Counted from the first letter of the stretch, positions 47,441-57,701 are shown. The stretch: 64,000 bases of DNA from Acidimicrobiia bacterium (GCA_040905905.1 JBBDQN010000030.1:15782-79781), one strand, 5' to 3'. Notes: generated by a model not told the origin, from the sequence alone. A program made the numbers and translations.

Positions 47441-48089
47441 CTGCCCCCACCCGGGCCGAGGCCAAGAATCCTTCCAACAAGATCAGCCCATCGGCCGACC
47501 CCAACACCTCATCGCTTCCGCGCTCGGGGTGAGGCATGACGCCGACCACGTTGCCCTCGAGGTTGGTTACGGCGGCAGCACCACCCTGGGAACCGTTGGG
47601 CGTATCGACATATCGCATGACCACCCGTCCGCTCAGGCTGGGGTCGACGTAATTCCCCTCGTAGGAGTTGAGCGGGATCTTGAGCACCTGGCCGGGGCGG
47701 GCCAGGGAAGTGAGCACCGACCGATCGGAGATCACCTCGACTTCGACCCAACGACAAAGAAAGGCCAGACCGGAGTTGGCGATAAGGGCCCCGGGCAGCA
47801 GACCGGCCTCGCAGAGGATCTGAAATCCGTTGCAGATGCCAAGGACAGGTCGACCTGCCCTGGCCATCCCGGCCACCGGTCCCATCACCGGCGCAAGACG
47901 GGCGATGGCACCCGTGCGCAGATAGTCACCGTGAGCGAAGCCACCAGGGAGAACCACCGCATCGAAGCCGTCGAGGGTGTCCTGACGGTGCCAGACCAAT
48001 TCGGCGTCGGCCCCGAGAGACCGGAGAGCGTGAACTGTGTCGTGTTCACAATTGGTGCCGGGGAAGACCACAACCGCAACCCGGGTCAC
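47433..48089 (-). CDS. purQ: Phosphoribosylformylglycinamidine synthase subunit PurQ (glutaminase).
   Basis: [14 protein letters not shown], the GGFAHGDYL region and LGICNGFQ. The GTG start overlaps the purS stop as GTGA. Confidence 0.85.
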   Translation of the reverse strand: MTRVAVVVFPGTNCEHDTVHALRSLGADAELVWHRQDTLDGFDAVVLPGGFAHGDYLRTGAIARLAPVMGPVAGMARAGRPVLGICNGFQILCEAGLLPGALIANSGLAFLCRWVEVEVISDRSVLTSLARPGQVLKIPLNSYEGNYVDPSLSGRVVMRYVDTPNGSQGGAAAVTNLEGNVVGVMPHPERGSDEVLGSADGLILLEGFLASARVGAGV

Positions 48090-48328
48090 GGATCGATCAC
48101 CACCCGGAAGTCCTCGAGGACCGGGTTCGCCAGCAGTTGGCGGCACATATCCTCGACCCGGGCCGTCACGGCTTCGGTCGACATGCCCTCAACCTCGAGG
48201 CTGATCACCCGGTCAAACCTGGCACGCGTGACCTCGCTGAATCCGAGATCATGCAGGGCCCGGACCACCGTTACCCCCTCCGGATCGGCGATCTCGGGCC
48301 GGCGAACGATCTCGATCCGGGCTTTCAT
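48086..48328 (-). CDS. purS: Phosphoribosylformylglycinamidine synthase subunit PurS.
   Basis: An 80-aa PurS-like protein, positioned between purC and purQ. Confidence 0.8.
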   Translation of the reverse strand: MKARIEIVRRPEIADPEGVTVVRALHDLGFSEVTRARFDRVISLEVEGMSTEAVTARVEDMCRQLLANPVLEDFRVVIDP

Positions 48329-49206
48329 ATGGCGCTTCTGAGGTAGTGGTCAAAGCTGGACCCGGTGATTCGCTCGAACGCCTCCACGTATCGCTCTCGG
48401 GTCCCGGCGACCACCTCGGCCGGGAGGGCCGGGGCCGGCGGGTTGTGATCCCATCCGGCCGAGTCCAGCCAACTGCGGACATACTGTTTATCGAAGGAAG
48501 GGACCTCGGTGCCCGGCTGCCAGGAATCGGCCGGCCAGTATCGGGATGAATCCGGGGTGAGGACCTCATCGATGAGGATCAGCTCGCCATTGGAGTAGCC
48601 GAATTCGAACTTGGTGTCGGCCAGGATCACGCCCTGCTTTTCGGCGTGGGCGGCCGCGTTTAGATAGATCTCGATCGAGCGGCGCCGCAACTCTTGGTAC
48701 ACGTCCCCACCGACGAGGATGCGCGCTCCCGCCTCGTCGAGGTTTTCATCGTGGCCGTCGGAGGCTTTGGTGGCGGGGGTGAAAATGGGCTCGGGAAGAC
48801 GGTCGGCCAGACGGAGTCCCGGCGGGAGATGTTCGGTGGTGGGGCCACCTCCGGTCCGATACTCGCGCCATGACGATCCATAGAGATAACCGCGCACTAC
48901 ACACTCCATTGGCACAACGTCTGCTCGTCGCACCACCATTGATCGACCCGCCAGCCATCGCCGGTCGACGTCGCCAATGGGCACTGTCGCATCGAGATCG
49001 ATGGAGAGGAAGTGGTTGGGAGCCTTCAGCATCTCAAAGAAGAAGCGGGAGAGACCGGTGAGGATTCGGCCTTTGTCGGGGATCTGATCGTCGAGCACTA
49101 CGTCGTAGGCAGAGATGCGGTCCGAGGCCACAATCAAGAGACGGTCGCCTGTCAGGGCGTAAACGTCGCGAACTTTCCCCGCTCCCACCTTGGCCAAAGA
49201 CTGCAC
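48325..49206 (-). CDS. purC: Phosphoribosylaminoimidazole-succinocarboxamide (SAICAR) synthase.
   Basis: GKVRDVY...DRISAYD motifs. Confidence 0.85.
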   Translation of the reverse strand: MQSLAKVGAGKVRDVYALTGDRLLIVASDRISAYDVVLDDQIPDKGRILTGLSRFFFEMLKAPNHFLSIDLDATVPIGDVDRRWLAGRSMVVRRADVVPMECVVRGYLYGSSWREYRTGGGPTTEHLPPGLRLADRLPEPIFTPATKASDGHDENLDEAGARILVGGDVYQELRRRSIEIYLNAAAHAEKQGVILADTKFEFGYSNGELILIDEVLTPDSSRYWPADSWQPGTEVPSFDKQYVRSWLDSAGWDHNPPAPALPAEVVAGTRERYVEAFERITGSSFDHYLRSAI

Positions 49207-49246
49207 TGAGGCCCGATCCTACCGAGGCAGTAGTGTCCCCCCGGTC

Positions 49247-49927
49247 ATGCGGGTAGGTGTCGTCTATCACTGTGAGCAAACCACTGATCGTCTTGACGAG
49301 GCCCTGGCCGATCAAGGGGCCGAGGTCTATCGCTACAAGCTCGGGCTCGGCGATGACGTGCCGGCGACGGCTAGTTTCGATGCCGTAGTCGTGCTTGGTG
49401 GGGCCATGGGCGTTTATGACACCTTGTTCCATCCCTGGCTGGAGGACGAACTGACCTGGCTCGGGTCCCTGGTGAAAGATGGGGTTCCGGTGCTGGGCAT
49501 TTGCCTCGGATGCCAACTCCTGGCCGAGGCTCTCGGGGGCCGCGCTTTTCTCTCGACCCAACCCCCTGAAGCTGGCGTGGTGACGCTGGAGTTGAGCGAT
49601 ACGGGGCGGGCGGACCCGGTCGTCCGGCATGTCGGCGAGCGGGTGTTTTCTCTCCATCAAGACACGTTTGAGCTCCCCCCGGGCGCCGACCTGCTTGCCG
49701 CCAGCACCGCCTATCCACAGGCATTCCGCCATGGCTCGGCCCTGGCGATCCAATTTCATCCCGATGCCGATGCCACCCTGGCGGTGGAGTGGGCCAAGGA
49801 TATTGCCCCCTTTCTTGACCGAGCCGGGGTTGAGATGGCGGATTACGAAGAGGAACTCCTCGCAGCCGAGCCCTACCTGGCTGTCACCTCCAAGGCCCTT
49901 TTCCGGGCTTTTCTGGAGACCGTGTGA
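49247..49927 (+). CDS. Class I glutamine amidotransferase-like protein.
   Basis: LGICLGCQLL is the nucleophile elbow, and the His region is FHPD. The start is at MRVGVVYH. Confidence 0.6.
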   Translation: MRVGVVYHCEQTTDRLDEALADQGAEVYRYKLGLGDDVPATASFDAVVVLGGAMGVYDTLFHPWLEDELTWLGSLVKDGVPVLGICLGCQLLAEALGGRAFLSTQPPEAGVVTLELSDTGRADPVVRHVGERVFSLHQDTFELPPGADLLAASTAYPQAFRHGSALAIQFHPDADATLAVEWAKDIAPFLDRAGVEMADYEEELLAAEPYLAVTSKALFRAFLETV

Positions 49928-50319
49928 ACGAGCGGGCCGTCGCACTCCTCACTGCCGACCGCTACGCCGCCAATCTCGGGATCAGGCTGGTCGACGCCGC
50001 CTCCGACCGGGTAACGGTGGCCATGACCGTGACCCAGGAGATGACCAACTTTCTCGGGGGCTTCCACGGAGGAGCGCTTTTCTCCCTCGCCGATTGCGCC
50101 TTCAGCCTTGCCTCGAACCTGGCCGGTGAGCGGGCAGTGGCCATCGACACCCATCTCGTCCTCAACGCGGCCGTCGAAGTAGGTGAAGAACTCACCGCGA
50201 TCGCCGAGGAGGTGAGCAGGGGTCGAACCCTCGGCACCTACCGGGTTCTCGTCAACCGCTCCGATGGTCGGGTGGCGGGTCATTTCACCGGAACCGTGTA
50301 CATCACTTCCAACGTCTGA
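49924..50319 (+). CDS. PaaI/4HBT-family hot-dog thioesterase.
   Basis: NFLGGFHGGALFSLADCAF motif typical of PaaI-type thioesterases. Confidence 0.7.
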   Translation: MNERAVALLTADRYAANLGIRLVDAASDRVTVAMTVTQEMTNFLGGFHGGALFSLADCAFSLASNLAGERAVAIDTHLVLNAAVEVGEELTAIAEEVSRGRTLGTYRVLVNRSDGRVAGHFTGTVYITSNV

Positions 50320-50393
50320 CGATCAGCGGCGGTCCTCTACCTCCCGGCTGCCGGTGGCATTTTCATATACCATCGTTGGTTCCGAGGGAAATC

Positions 50394-51530
50394 TTGGCTC
50401 GTTACGTTGCCCAACATCCCATGCGTTCAGCCGTCATCGTCCTTGTGGGCCTTGTATTCGGCACTGCCCTTTTCTTCTTTACCAGGCTGGGCGGGTTGGT
50501 TTCAGCGGTGGCCACCGAGGAGTTCGATCCGGATCGAGCCGCAACGGCCCTGGCCCAGCGGACCCCAGCCCAGATCGAACAATCGATCATCAAACTCACA
50601 GAGGAACAGCGAGCCGCATTTGACGACGCCGCCGCTCTCGACCTCAGCACCTTCGACGTCGAGTCCGACATCGCCGACCTCATCCAGGAGACCTTTGGAC
50701 GCCGTCCTTTTGTAAACGCCGCGGCTTTTAGCCCCGAGCTACCCGACGATATGTTCGACGCCTATCTGGGTCTTGGTGCCGACGCCAGCGGAGCATTGGC
50801 CGATGTGATTCTCCTCGCTCTGGCGCCAACGGATGGTTCGGCGCCAATCCTGATCTCGCTTCCCCGCGACCTCTATGTCAAGAACCCGTGCACGGGCGGC
50901 TGGAACCGCCTCAACACCGGTCTCGGGGGTTGTCGGGGGTTTGCGTCCGGCACCGAACTCATGGCCTTGATGGTCGAGACCTACACGGGAATTGAGATCG
51001 ACCACGTGGCACGTATCTCATTTGACGGTTTCGCGGCAGTTGTGCAAGCCGTGGGTGGCACCACGATCTGCACCGCCAACCCCGCCCGTGACCTCAAGTC
51101 CGGGCTCAATCTTCCTGGAGGATGCGCCCCGGCCGACGGTTATATGACCCTGGCCTGGGTGCGATCGCGCCACATGGAGCAGCTCGTCAACGAGAACTGG
51201 GTGGGCGTAGGTGGATCCGACTTTGCCCGCCAGGAGCGCCAGCGTGACATCCTCTTCCAGATTGCCAATCAGATCTCGTCGTTTGGGTCGCTGACCTCTT
51301 TCGACAACACCGTGCGGGCGGTGGCTTCGGGTGTACGGCTCGACGATGGTTGGTCGTTTGGCGACGTGGTGAGGACGGCTTGGCGCTACCGGGGGATAAG
51401 CGACGATCGGGTCAAGGGATTCTCGGTGGAGGTCCGCAACTACCGCAGCTCGTCTGGGGCTCAGGTCCTTCTTCCCACCGTCAAGTTCAACACCTCTCTG
51501 GCTGACGTCTATGCGCCGGCCGGGGCCTAG
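50394..51530 (+). CDS. LytR-CpsA-Psr (LCP) family cell-envelope protein. The start is uncertain: TTG at 50376, TTG at 50394 (after GAGGGA), or ATG at 50421.
   Basis: N-terminal TM anchor, then the LCP core (ILISLPRDLYV...NRLN...ISFDGFAAVVQAVGG). Confidence 0.6.
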   Translation: MARYVAQHPMRSAVIVLVGLVFGTALFFFTRLGGLVSAVATEEFDPDRAATALAQRTPAQIEQSIIKLTEEQRAAFDDAAALDLSTFDVESDIADLIQETFGRRPFVNAAAFSPELPDDMFDAYLGLGADASGALADVILLALAPTDGSAPILISLPRDLYVKNPCTGGWNRLNTGLGGCRGFASGTELMALMVETYTGIEIDHVARISFDGFAAVVQAVGGTTICTANPARDLKSGLNLPGGCAPADGYMTLAWVRSRHMEQLVNENWVGVGGSDFARQERQRDILFQIANQISSFGSLTSFDNTVRAVASGVRLDDGWSFGDVVRTAWRYRGISDDRVKGFSVEVRNYRSSSGAQVLLPTVKFNTSLADVYAPAGA

Positions 51531-51567
51531 GACCAGGCCCGCCAAGCCACCCGGCCAATATGTCGAG

Positions 51568-52470
51568 GTGAACAGGATCGGGATCGATCTGGGTGGCACC
51601 AAGATCGAGATGGTGGGCCTGGCAAGTGACGGCTCCGAGCTCTGCCGCCACCGGGTCCCCACACCTTCGGGCAACTATGGAAGGATCATCGAGGCCATCG
51701 CCGAGTTGGTGGCCCGGGCGGACGAGCTTGCCTCCCCTACGTTCGAAACGGTCGGCATCGGGACGCCCGGGGTCATCAGCCCTATGACAGGGGTGATCAA
51801 GAACTCCAATTCCACCGTTCTCAACGGAAAGCCATTCCATGTCGACCTGAGCAGAGCCCTGGGCAGACCCCTGGTGATCATGAACGACGCCGATTGTTTT
51901 GCGCTCTCGGAGGCACGGGACGGTGCCGGTGCAGGTGCAGACGTCGTTTTGGGCGTGATCGTCGGAACCGGGGTGGGTGGTGGGATCGTCGTCAGAGGAG
52001 AGACGCTGGTAGGTCGCAACGGTTTGGCTGGTGAATGGGGCCACAACCCGTTGCCGTGGCCACAACCAGACGAACAGCCCGGCGCTGCGTGTTACTGCGG
52101 CAAAAGTGGCTGCGTCGAGACTTTTCTTTCCGGTCCAGGGTTCGAGCGGATGTTTGGGGAGGGGTCGGGCCGCGCCCTCAAGGCAATGCAGATAGTGGAG
52201 GAGGCAAGATCGGGGGTGGCCGCAGCGGCGGCGGCGCTGGAAGGTTACGTCGACCGGATGGCCAGGGCCCTGGCTTCCCTCATCAATGTGTTCGACCCCG
52301 ATGTGGTCGTATTGGGCGGAGGGATGAGCAATGTCGCCGAGCTCTACGAACTGGTTCCGCGGCGTTGGGGCAGCTATGTGTTTGGAGGCGAGCTCACCAC
52401 CCGGCTGGTCCCCAACGTGCATGGAGACTCGTCTGGAGTGCGGGGCGCTGCGTGGTTGGTAGATGAGTAA
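51568..52470 (+). CDS. ROK-family sugar kinase (N-acetylglucosamine kinase / glucokinase-like; no N-terminal HTH).
   Basis: IGIDLGGTK ATP motif, the ROK signature region, and the CYCGKSGCVET zinc motif. Confidence 0.7.
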   Translation: MNRIGIDLGGTKIEMVGLASDGSELCRHRVPTPSGNYGRIIEAIAELVARADELASPTFETVGIGTPGVISPMTGVIKNSNSTVLNGKPFHVDLSRALGRPLVIMNDADCFALSEARDGAGAGADVVLGVIVGTGVGGGIVVRGETLVGRNGLAGEWGHNPLPWPQPDEQPGAACYCGKSGCVETFLSGPGFERMFGEGSGRALKAMQIVEEARSGVAAAAAALEGYVDRMARALASLINVFDPDVVVLGGGMSNVAELYELVPRRWGSYVFGGELTTRLVPNVHGDSSGVRGAAWLVDE

Positions 52471-52494
52471 TGAGTGATGGGTTTTGGGCCCGAC

Positions 52495-54648
52495 TTAGGT
52501 GTTCAACACCACCACGGGGCAGGGGCATGAGGAGAGGATTCGTTCCACCCTGGGCCCGAGAAACAATCGACGGGATCCGGCCCTCACGGAAGTTCCCAAC
52601 ACCACCAGATCGGCTCCGACCCGGCGGGCGATTTCAAGAATCGCATCCTCGGGCTCCTGTCCCATCTTGATCTCGGAGTTGGTCGCCACTCCGAACGAAT
52701 CGCCTAAAACCCGGAGGTGTTCGGCGATCTGACGGCCGCTTTCCAGGCGGTTGGTCGGGTTGTACAAGGCGGCCGCGGCCAGGACCGCACTCCCCTCGTT
52801 GGGGATGACGTGAACGATCGTGACCATCGCGTCGGGATCGGCGATGGCAAACGCCAATTCGGCCGCCCGCCGGCTAGAGGCAGTGCCATCGGTGGGGACG
52901 ACGATCCGCCGTGGGCGCCAATCGGTGTCGTGCTCTGTACCCCTCACTACCAGGGAAGGGATGGGTGCTAGCCGGACCAGTTCGTCAACCACGTTGCCAA
53001 GAAGGGTCTCTCCGGTTACATCGGTTTCGGAGGCCCCGAGCACGAGCAAGTCGTAATCGCTGTCGGCTTCCTTGAGGATGGCGGCGACCGGGTCGGTGGC
53101 GTTTACCACCTTGTTGGTTATCTCTGCCCGGGAGGCGAAAAGTTGCTCGACCTCCCACTGGTAACGAGTCGCTTCGGTTCGGTTTCCCCGGCTGGCGACG
53201 GTGAACAGGGTCACAGCCAGGCCTTTGCCTGGCCCCAGCCGCCCCAGGAGGATCGATTCGATGAGTTGGGGTCCGGCCACGGCGTCCCGGCGGGGGCGCA
53301 AAGGCAACAGCACCCGGCGGATGTCGACCAGCATTCCCGATTCGGTCACCTCTTCGCGACGAAGCCTTTCGAGCTCCTCACCTTCGGGGCGAATGCGTTT
53401 TTGGATCGCCCGCAAAGCAAACGGGGCCGCCAGGGAGGTGAGAATGGCCATCACAACGATCATTGTGAAGACTTCCTGGTTGAGAATCTCCAGTGAAAGA
53501 CCAAGGGTGGCGACGATTATCACTATCGCTCCCCGGGCGTTGAGACCGGCTCCATAGGCCAGGGCATTCCAGTGGGGCTGACCGCTGAGCAAGCGCGCTC
53601 CCACGTAGGCCCCGACCACTTTGCCAAAGGTGGCTACCCCGAGCACAGCTCCAGCGAGCAGCAAGAGCCGCGGGTCAGTCAGCGAACGGACGTCGACTTT
53701 CAGACCCGCCACTGCAAAGAAGATCGGCGAGAAGATGCCCAGCGCTACTGCCTCCAGCTTGCGATGGACGTCGGTAGGCAGGCGAGGTGACTGGCCAAAA
53801 AGGATTCCGATCGCAAAGGCACCGATCATCGGCTCCAGTCCCAATACCTGGGTGAGTGCCCCCCAGCCAAATGCCAGCACCACTACGAGAGTGAGCAGGC
53901 GATCGCGGCTCCGCATCCGATCCTGCACCAGATCGAGGCTCTTGCGGACCAAAAACCTGCCGACCGTGAGGGTGGCAATGACGAAGAGGATCACCATCGC
54001 CATGGTCCTGAGCACACTCGTTGCCACTAGGCGCCCCGCACTGGCGAGGCCCGCCACCACTCCGAGCAGGGTCCACCCCGTGATGTCGTCGATCATCCCC
54101 GCTGCCAGCATCGTCTGACCCAGATCGCGCCGCATGAGGTTGAGGTCGATCAGCACCTTGGCCAGCACCGGTATGGCCGTGATCGACATGGCTGTGGCTA
54201 GGAACAACGCGAACAGCAGACGCTGGTTGGGAGCGGGGAGCAGATCGGTGGGGAACAGGAGACCCAAACCGAGACCGGTGAGAAGCGGGAGGACCAATCC
54301 ACCCGTGGCCACGCCAAAGGCGGTTCGAGCCCGCCGGCGGATGAGACCGAGGTCGATTTCGAAACCGGTGATGATCAGGAGGAGCATCACCCCGATCAGG
54401 GCGACCAATTCCAACAAATACCCCTCGACGGCAGTCTGGGGAACCACCCATGCAGCCAGGTCTGGGGCCAGCAACCCCAGGACCGAAGGCCCCAGGAGCA
54501 CGCCGGCCAGGATCTCGCCGATCACGGTGGGTTGTCCCAGCCGATGCGATATTTCCCCTAACAGCCTGGCCGTGGCCAGCAGGACGGCCAATGTCACCAA
54601 CAAGTGGAGGATGTCGGAGTGCGACGCGGCGACAAAAGGCGCGTCCAA
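52495..54648 (-). CDS. Cation:proton antiporter (CPA2/Kef-type) fused to tandem C-terminal universal stress protein (UspA) domains.
   Basis: An N-terminal domain of about 12 TM with GEILAGVLLGPS. The C-terminal half carries two USP-like alpha/beta domains (VVPTDGTASSRRAAELAF... and VVLGTS...). Confidence 0.75.
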   Translation of the reverse strand: MDAPFVAASHSDILHLLVTLAVLLATARLLGEISHRLGQPTVIGEILAGVLLGPSVLGLLAPDLAAWVVPQTAVEGYLLELVALIGVMLLLIITGFEIDLGLIRRRARTAFGVATGGLVLPLLTGLGLGLLFPTDLLPAPNQRLLFALFLATAMSITAIPVLAKVLIDLNLMRRDLGQTMLAAGMIDDITGWTLLGVVAGLASAGRLVATSVLRTMAMVILFVIATLTVGRFLVRKSLDLVQDRMRSRDRLLTLVVVLAFGWGALTQVLGLEPMIGAFAIGILFGQSPRLPTDVHRKLEAVALGIFSPIFFAVAGLKVDVRSLTDPRLLLLAGAVLGVATFGKVVGAYVGARLLSGQPHWNALAYGAGLNARGAIVIIVATLGLSLEILNQEVFTMIVVMAILTSLAAPFALRAIQKRIRPEGEELERLRREEVTESGMLVDIRRVLLPLRPRRDAVAGPQLIESILLGRLGPGKGLAVTLFTVASRGNRTEATRYQWEVEQLFASRAEITNKVVNATDPVAAILKEADSDYDLLVLGASETDVTGETLLGNVVDELVRLAPIPSLVVRGTEHDTDWRPRRIVVPTDGTASSRRAAELAFAIADPDAMVTIVHVIPNEGSAVLAAAALYNPTNRLESGRQIAEHLRVLGDSFGVATNSEIKMGQEPEDAILEIARRVGADLVVLGTSVRAGSRRLFLGPRVERILSSCPCPVVVLNT

Positions 54649-54649
54649 C

Positions 54650-55963
54650 TCATCCTCCCGGGCTGTCGGGGAGGATTGCAGAGGTCAGCCGGTCGAAAAC
54701 CACGCCGCTCCTCGCCAGGGACCGGTGGGGGTTGAAGCAATCGCCTAGCTCGGATGGCGTCATTGTCACCCGGGGGTCATTCTCGAGCAGGTCGCGGAGC
54801 TCGACCTGTTTTTCCCAAGCCGTCATCGCGTGCTCCTGGACGATCCGATAGGCCTGGTCGCGGGTCAACCCCCGGTCGACCAAGGCCAGCAGAATCGCCT
54901 GGCTGAAGACAAGTCCGCGGGTGGCTGTGAGATTGGAGAGCATCCGCTCGGTGTCGACGACCAGGCCCTCGAGCAGTGATCGGAACCTGACCAGCATGTA
55001 ATAGAGAACAAGACAAGCGTCGGGAAGGACGATTCTTTCCGCAGCCGAATGGCTGATGTCGCGTTCATGCCACAACCCCACGTTCTCGAATCCCACCTGG
55101 GCGTACCCGCGTAATAGGCGGGCCAGGCCTGTGATGCGTTCAGAGACGATCGGGTTGCGTTTGTGGGGCATCGCCGATGATCCCTTCTGTCCTTCCCGGA
55201 ACGGCTCCCTGACCTCTGCAACTTCGCTGCGCTGGAGGTGACGTATCTCGGTGGCGAACCGTTCCAGTGAGGCTCCAGTCAGGGCTAGCGCGGCGAGGAA
55301 CTCGGCGTGGCGGTCACGGGGGATCACCTGGGTCGAGGCGGACTCGGCGGTCAGGCCCAGCCGCAGGCACACATACCCTTCGATCTCGGGTGGCGCGTGG
55401 GCGTACGTTCCCACGGCCCCGGAGATCTTCCCCACTGCCACCCCGTTGCGAGCCCCCGCAAGCCGTTGGTGAGCGCGGGCCAGCTCGAAAGCCCACGAGG
55501 CGAGTTTCAAACCGAAAGAGGTCGGCTCCGCCCAGATGCCATGAGTCCGGCCGATCATGACCGCGTCGCGATAAGTGAGAGCCTGCCGGCGAACGACTTC
55601 GAAGAGGTCAGCGGTGGCGGAGAGCAACAGATCCGCGGCCCCGGTCAGGATGACCGCTCCGGCCGTATCGAGGACGTCAGATGAGGTGAGACCGTAATGA
55701 ACCCACTCACCTCCCGTCGTCAGAGAGCCCGCCAGGACATCGACGAACGCGGCCACGTCATGATCCGTTACCTTTTCTCGCTCTGCCACCTGCTCAGGGG
55801 TCGGCACGGGGGCGAGCCGGAGTTGTTCGGCGGCCCTCGCCGGGGCAACACCAAGCTGGGCCCAAGCTTCCACCACAAGGGTCTCGACCTCTTTCCAGAC
55901 AGCCAGCTTGTGGGCCTCGGACCAGATAGCCGCCATCTCGGGCAACGAGTAGCGGGGGATCAT
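54650..55963 (-). CDS. purB: Adenylosuccinate lyase.
   Basis: MIPRYSLPEMAAIW is the typical PurB N-terminus. Fumarate-lyase signature GSSAMPHKRNP. Confidence 0.9.
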   Translation of the reverse strand: MIPRYSLPEMAAIWSEAHKLAVWKEVETLVVEAWAQLGVAPARAAEQLRLAPVPTPEQVAEREKVTDHDVAAFVDVLAGSLTTGGEWVHYGLTSSDVLDTAGAVILTGAADLLLSATADLFEVVRRQALTYRDAVMIGRTHGIWAEPTSFGLKLASWAFELARAHQRLAGARNGVAVGKISGAVGTYAHAPPEIEGYVCLRLGLTAESASTQVIPRDRHAEFLAALALTGASLERFATEIRHLQRSEVAEVREPFREGQKGSSAMPHKRNPIVSERITGLARLLRGYAQVGFENVGLWHERDISHSAAERIVLPDACLVLYYMLVRFRSLLEGLVVDTERMLSNLTATRGLVFSQAILLALVDRGLTRDQAYRIVQEHAMTAWEKQVELRDLLENDPRVTMTPSELGDCFNPHRSLARSGVVFDRLTSAILPDSPGG

Positions 55964-56010
55964 CGCCGGGGAGGGTAACGGTCCGGGTCGGCGTCTACGC
56001 TCGTCGACCC

Positions 56011-57204
56011 GTGCGTCGTCTCAACATTTCCCAAGCACGCCGTATTGCCCTGGCGGCACAAGGCTTTGCTGACCCGCGGCCACAGGGAAAGGTCGACGTT
56101 CGCCACCTGCGCCGAGTTGTTGATCGAATGGGAGTTGTGCAGATCGACTCCGTCAACGTGGTGGCCCGGGCTCACTACCTTCCCTTTTTTGCTCGGCTGG
56201 GGAGCTATCCCACCGAACTACTCGATCGGATGGCCTGGAGCGAGCACAGAGAGTTGATCGAGTATTGGGCCCACATGGCGGCACTGATCCCGATCGAGGA
56301 TTGGCCGCTGTTCCGGCACCGGATGGACAGGGAGCACGTCTGGCGTGATATCGCCAGGCTCCTCGAGAGCAACCCGGAGGGGGTCTCCGAGATCATGGAT
56401 CAGGTCCGCCGGCGCGGTCCCACCCGGCCGTCTGATCTTGACGATCATCACGAAACCGGGAAGGGGCCCTGGTGGGACTGGTCGTTTGCCAAAACCGCAC
56501 TGGAGTGGCTCTTCTACAAGGGTGAGCTGACCGTTCCGAAACGGGCCAATTTCGTTCGGTTCTACGACCTCCCCGAGCGGGTCCTCCCCGACTCGATCCT
56601 GGCCGTCGAACTAAGCGAGGAGGAGCAGCGCCGAGAGCTTGTTCGCAAGGCTCTTCGTCACTGCGGGGTCGGCACATTGAGCGATCTCGCCGATTACTAC
56701 CGCCAATCCAATGCCCCCTGTGTGCCGCTGATCAACGACCTCGTCAAGGCAGGGGAAGCGGTCGAGGTGGAGGTGACCAGTTGGAAAGAGAAGGCTTACC
56801 TCGATCCCGCCGCCGCCGTGCCTCGTCGTGTCGAGGGGGTGGCTTTCCTGGGTCCCTTCGACCCGGTGATCTGGTTTCGGCCGCGGGCCGAGCGGCTATT
56901 CGACTTCCACTATCGGATCGAGATCTACACCCCTGCCCCCAAACGGATCTACGGGTACTACGTGTTCGCCATCCTCCTCGACGGCGAATTGGTGGGCCGG
57001 ATCGATCTCAAAGCCGATCGTCAGGCAGGGATCCTGCGGGTCCGGGGCGCCTACACCGAAGAAGGGGTGGAGCCGACCCGGGTCGCCCCTCCCGTCGTCA
57101 CCGAACTGGAGACGATGGCGACCTGGCTGGGGCTGAACGACGTCTCCGTGGAAAAAAAAGGAAACCTGGCAACTGCGCTTTTATCACCCAGACCCATCGT
57201 TTGA
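56011..57204 (+). CDS. Winged-helix DNA-binding protein of the YcaQ/AlkZ family (putative crosslink-repair DNA glycosylase).
   Basis: A roughly 400-aa protein with the characteristic N-terminal ALAAQGF...VQIDSVNVVARAHYLPFFARLG region. The last 8 codons and the stop lie inside palindromic repeat D. Confidence 0.6.
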   Translation: MRRLNISQARRIALAAQGFADPRPQGKVDVRHLRRVVDRMGVVQIDSVNVVARAHYLPFFARLGSYPTELLDRMAWSEHRELIEYWAHMAALIPIEDWPLFRHRMDREHVWRDIARLLESNPEGVSEIMDQVRRRGPTRPSDLDDHHETGKGPWWDWSFAKTALEWLFYKGELTVPKRANFVRFYDLPERVLPDSILAVELSEEEQRRELVRKALRHCGVGTLSDLADYYRQSNAPCVPLINDLVKAGEAVEVEVTSWKEKAYLDPAAAVPRRVEGVAFLGPFDPVIWFRPRAERLFDFHYRIEIYTPAPKRIYGYYVFAILLDGELVGRIDLKADRQAGILRVRGAYTEEGVEPTRVAPPVVTELETMATWLGLNDVSVEKKGNLATALLSPRPIV

Positions 57205-57229
57205 CGATGGGTCTGGGTGATAAAAACGG
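57177..57229. repeat. Palindromic intergenic repeat, copy D. It overlaps the 3' end of the YcaQ-like CDS.
   Basis: GCGCTTTTATCACCCAGACCCATCG-TTTGA-CGATGGGTCTGGGTGATAAAAACGG. The TGA stop of the upstream gene sits in the 5-nt loop. Confidence 0.75.
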
Positions 57230-57236
57230 TGTTTGG

Positions 57237-57701
57237 TTACCCCGCCAAGGTTTCGTCGGCCAGGGTCTTGCGGAAGGCGGCCAGCTTTGCGGTGAGGTCG
57301 GGGTCGCCGATGGCGAGGATCGCCACAGCCAACAGGGCGGCGTTGGCAGCCCCATCCACGGCCACCGTGGCCACCGGGATGCCTGTGGGCATTTGCACGG
57401 TGGACAACAACGAGTCGAGTCCATCCAGGGAGACCGCCAGCGGTACGCCGATCACCGGTAGCAGCGACTTGGCCGCCATGACTCCAGCCAGATGAGCGGC
57501 TTTGCCAGCCCCGGCGATGATGACAGCGAACCCCCGATCGGCGGCGGCCGTGGCAAAGGCGATTGCCTCGTCGGGGGTCTTGTGGGCGGAGAGCACCCGG
57601 GTTTCATGCTCAACGCCGAAGCGGTCCAGGATCTGTCGGGCCTTCTCCATGACGGGACGATCAGAGCCTGAACCCATCAGAATGGCGACTTTCTTGTTCA
57701 T
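57237..57701 (-). CDS. purE: 5-(carboxyamino)imidazole ribonucleotide mutase.
   Basis: MNKKVAILMGSGSDRPVMEKA...AGKAAHLAGVMAAKSLLPVIGVP. The start overlaps the purD stop as ATGA. Confidence 0.85.
   Translation of the reverse strand: MNKKVAILMGSGSDRPVMEKARQILDRFGVEHETRVLSAHKTPDEAIAFATAAADRGFAVIIAGAGKAAHLAGVMAAKSLLPVIGVPLAVSLDGLDSLLSTVQMPTGIPVATVAVDGAANAALLAVAILAIGDPDLTAKLAAFRKTLADETLAG

Noticed and set aside
10087-57229. The four palindromic repeats as a CRISPR array, or as intrinsic terminators.
   Set aside because: They are dispersed, 9-37 kb apart, rather than arranged in tandem with spacers. The T/U-rich tract lies 5' of the stem on both strands (5'-UUUUAU-stem-AUAAAA-3'), so they do not look like Rho-independent terminators.
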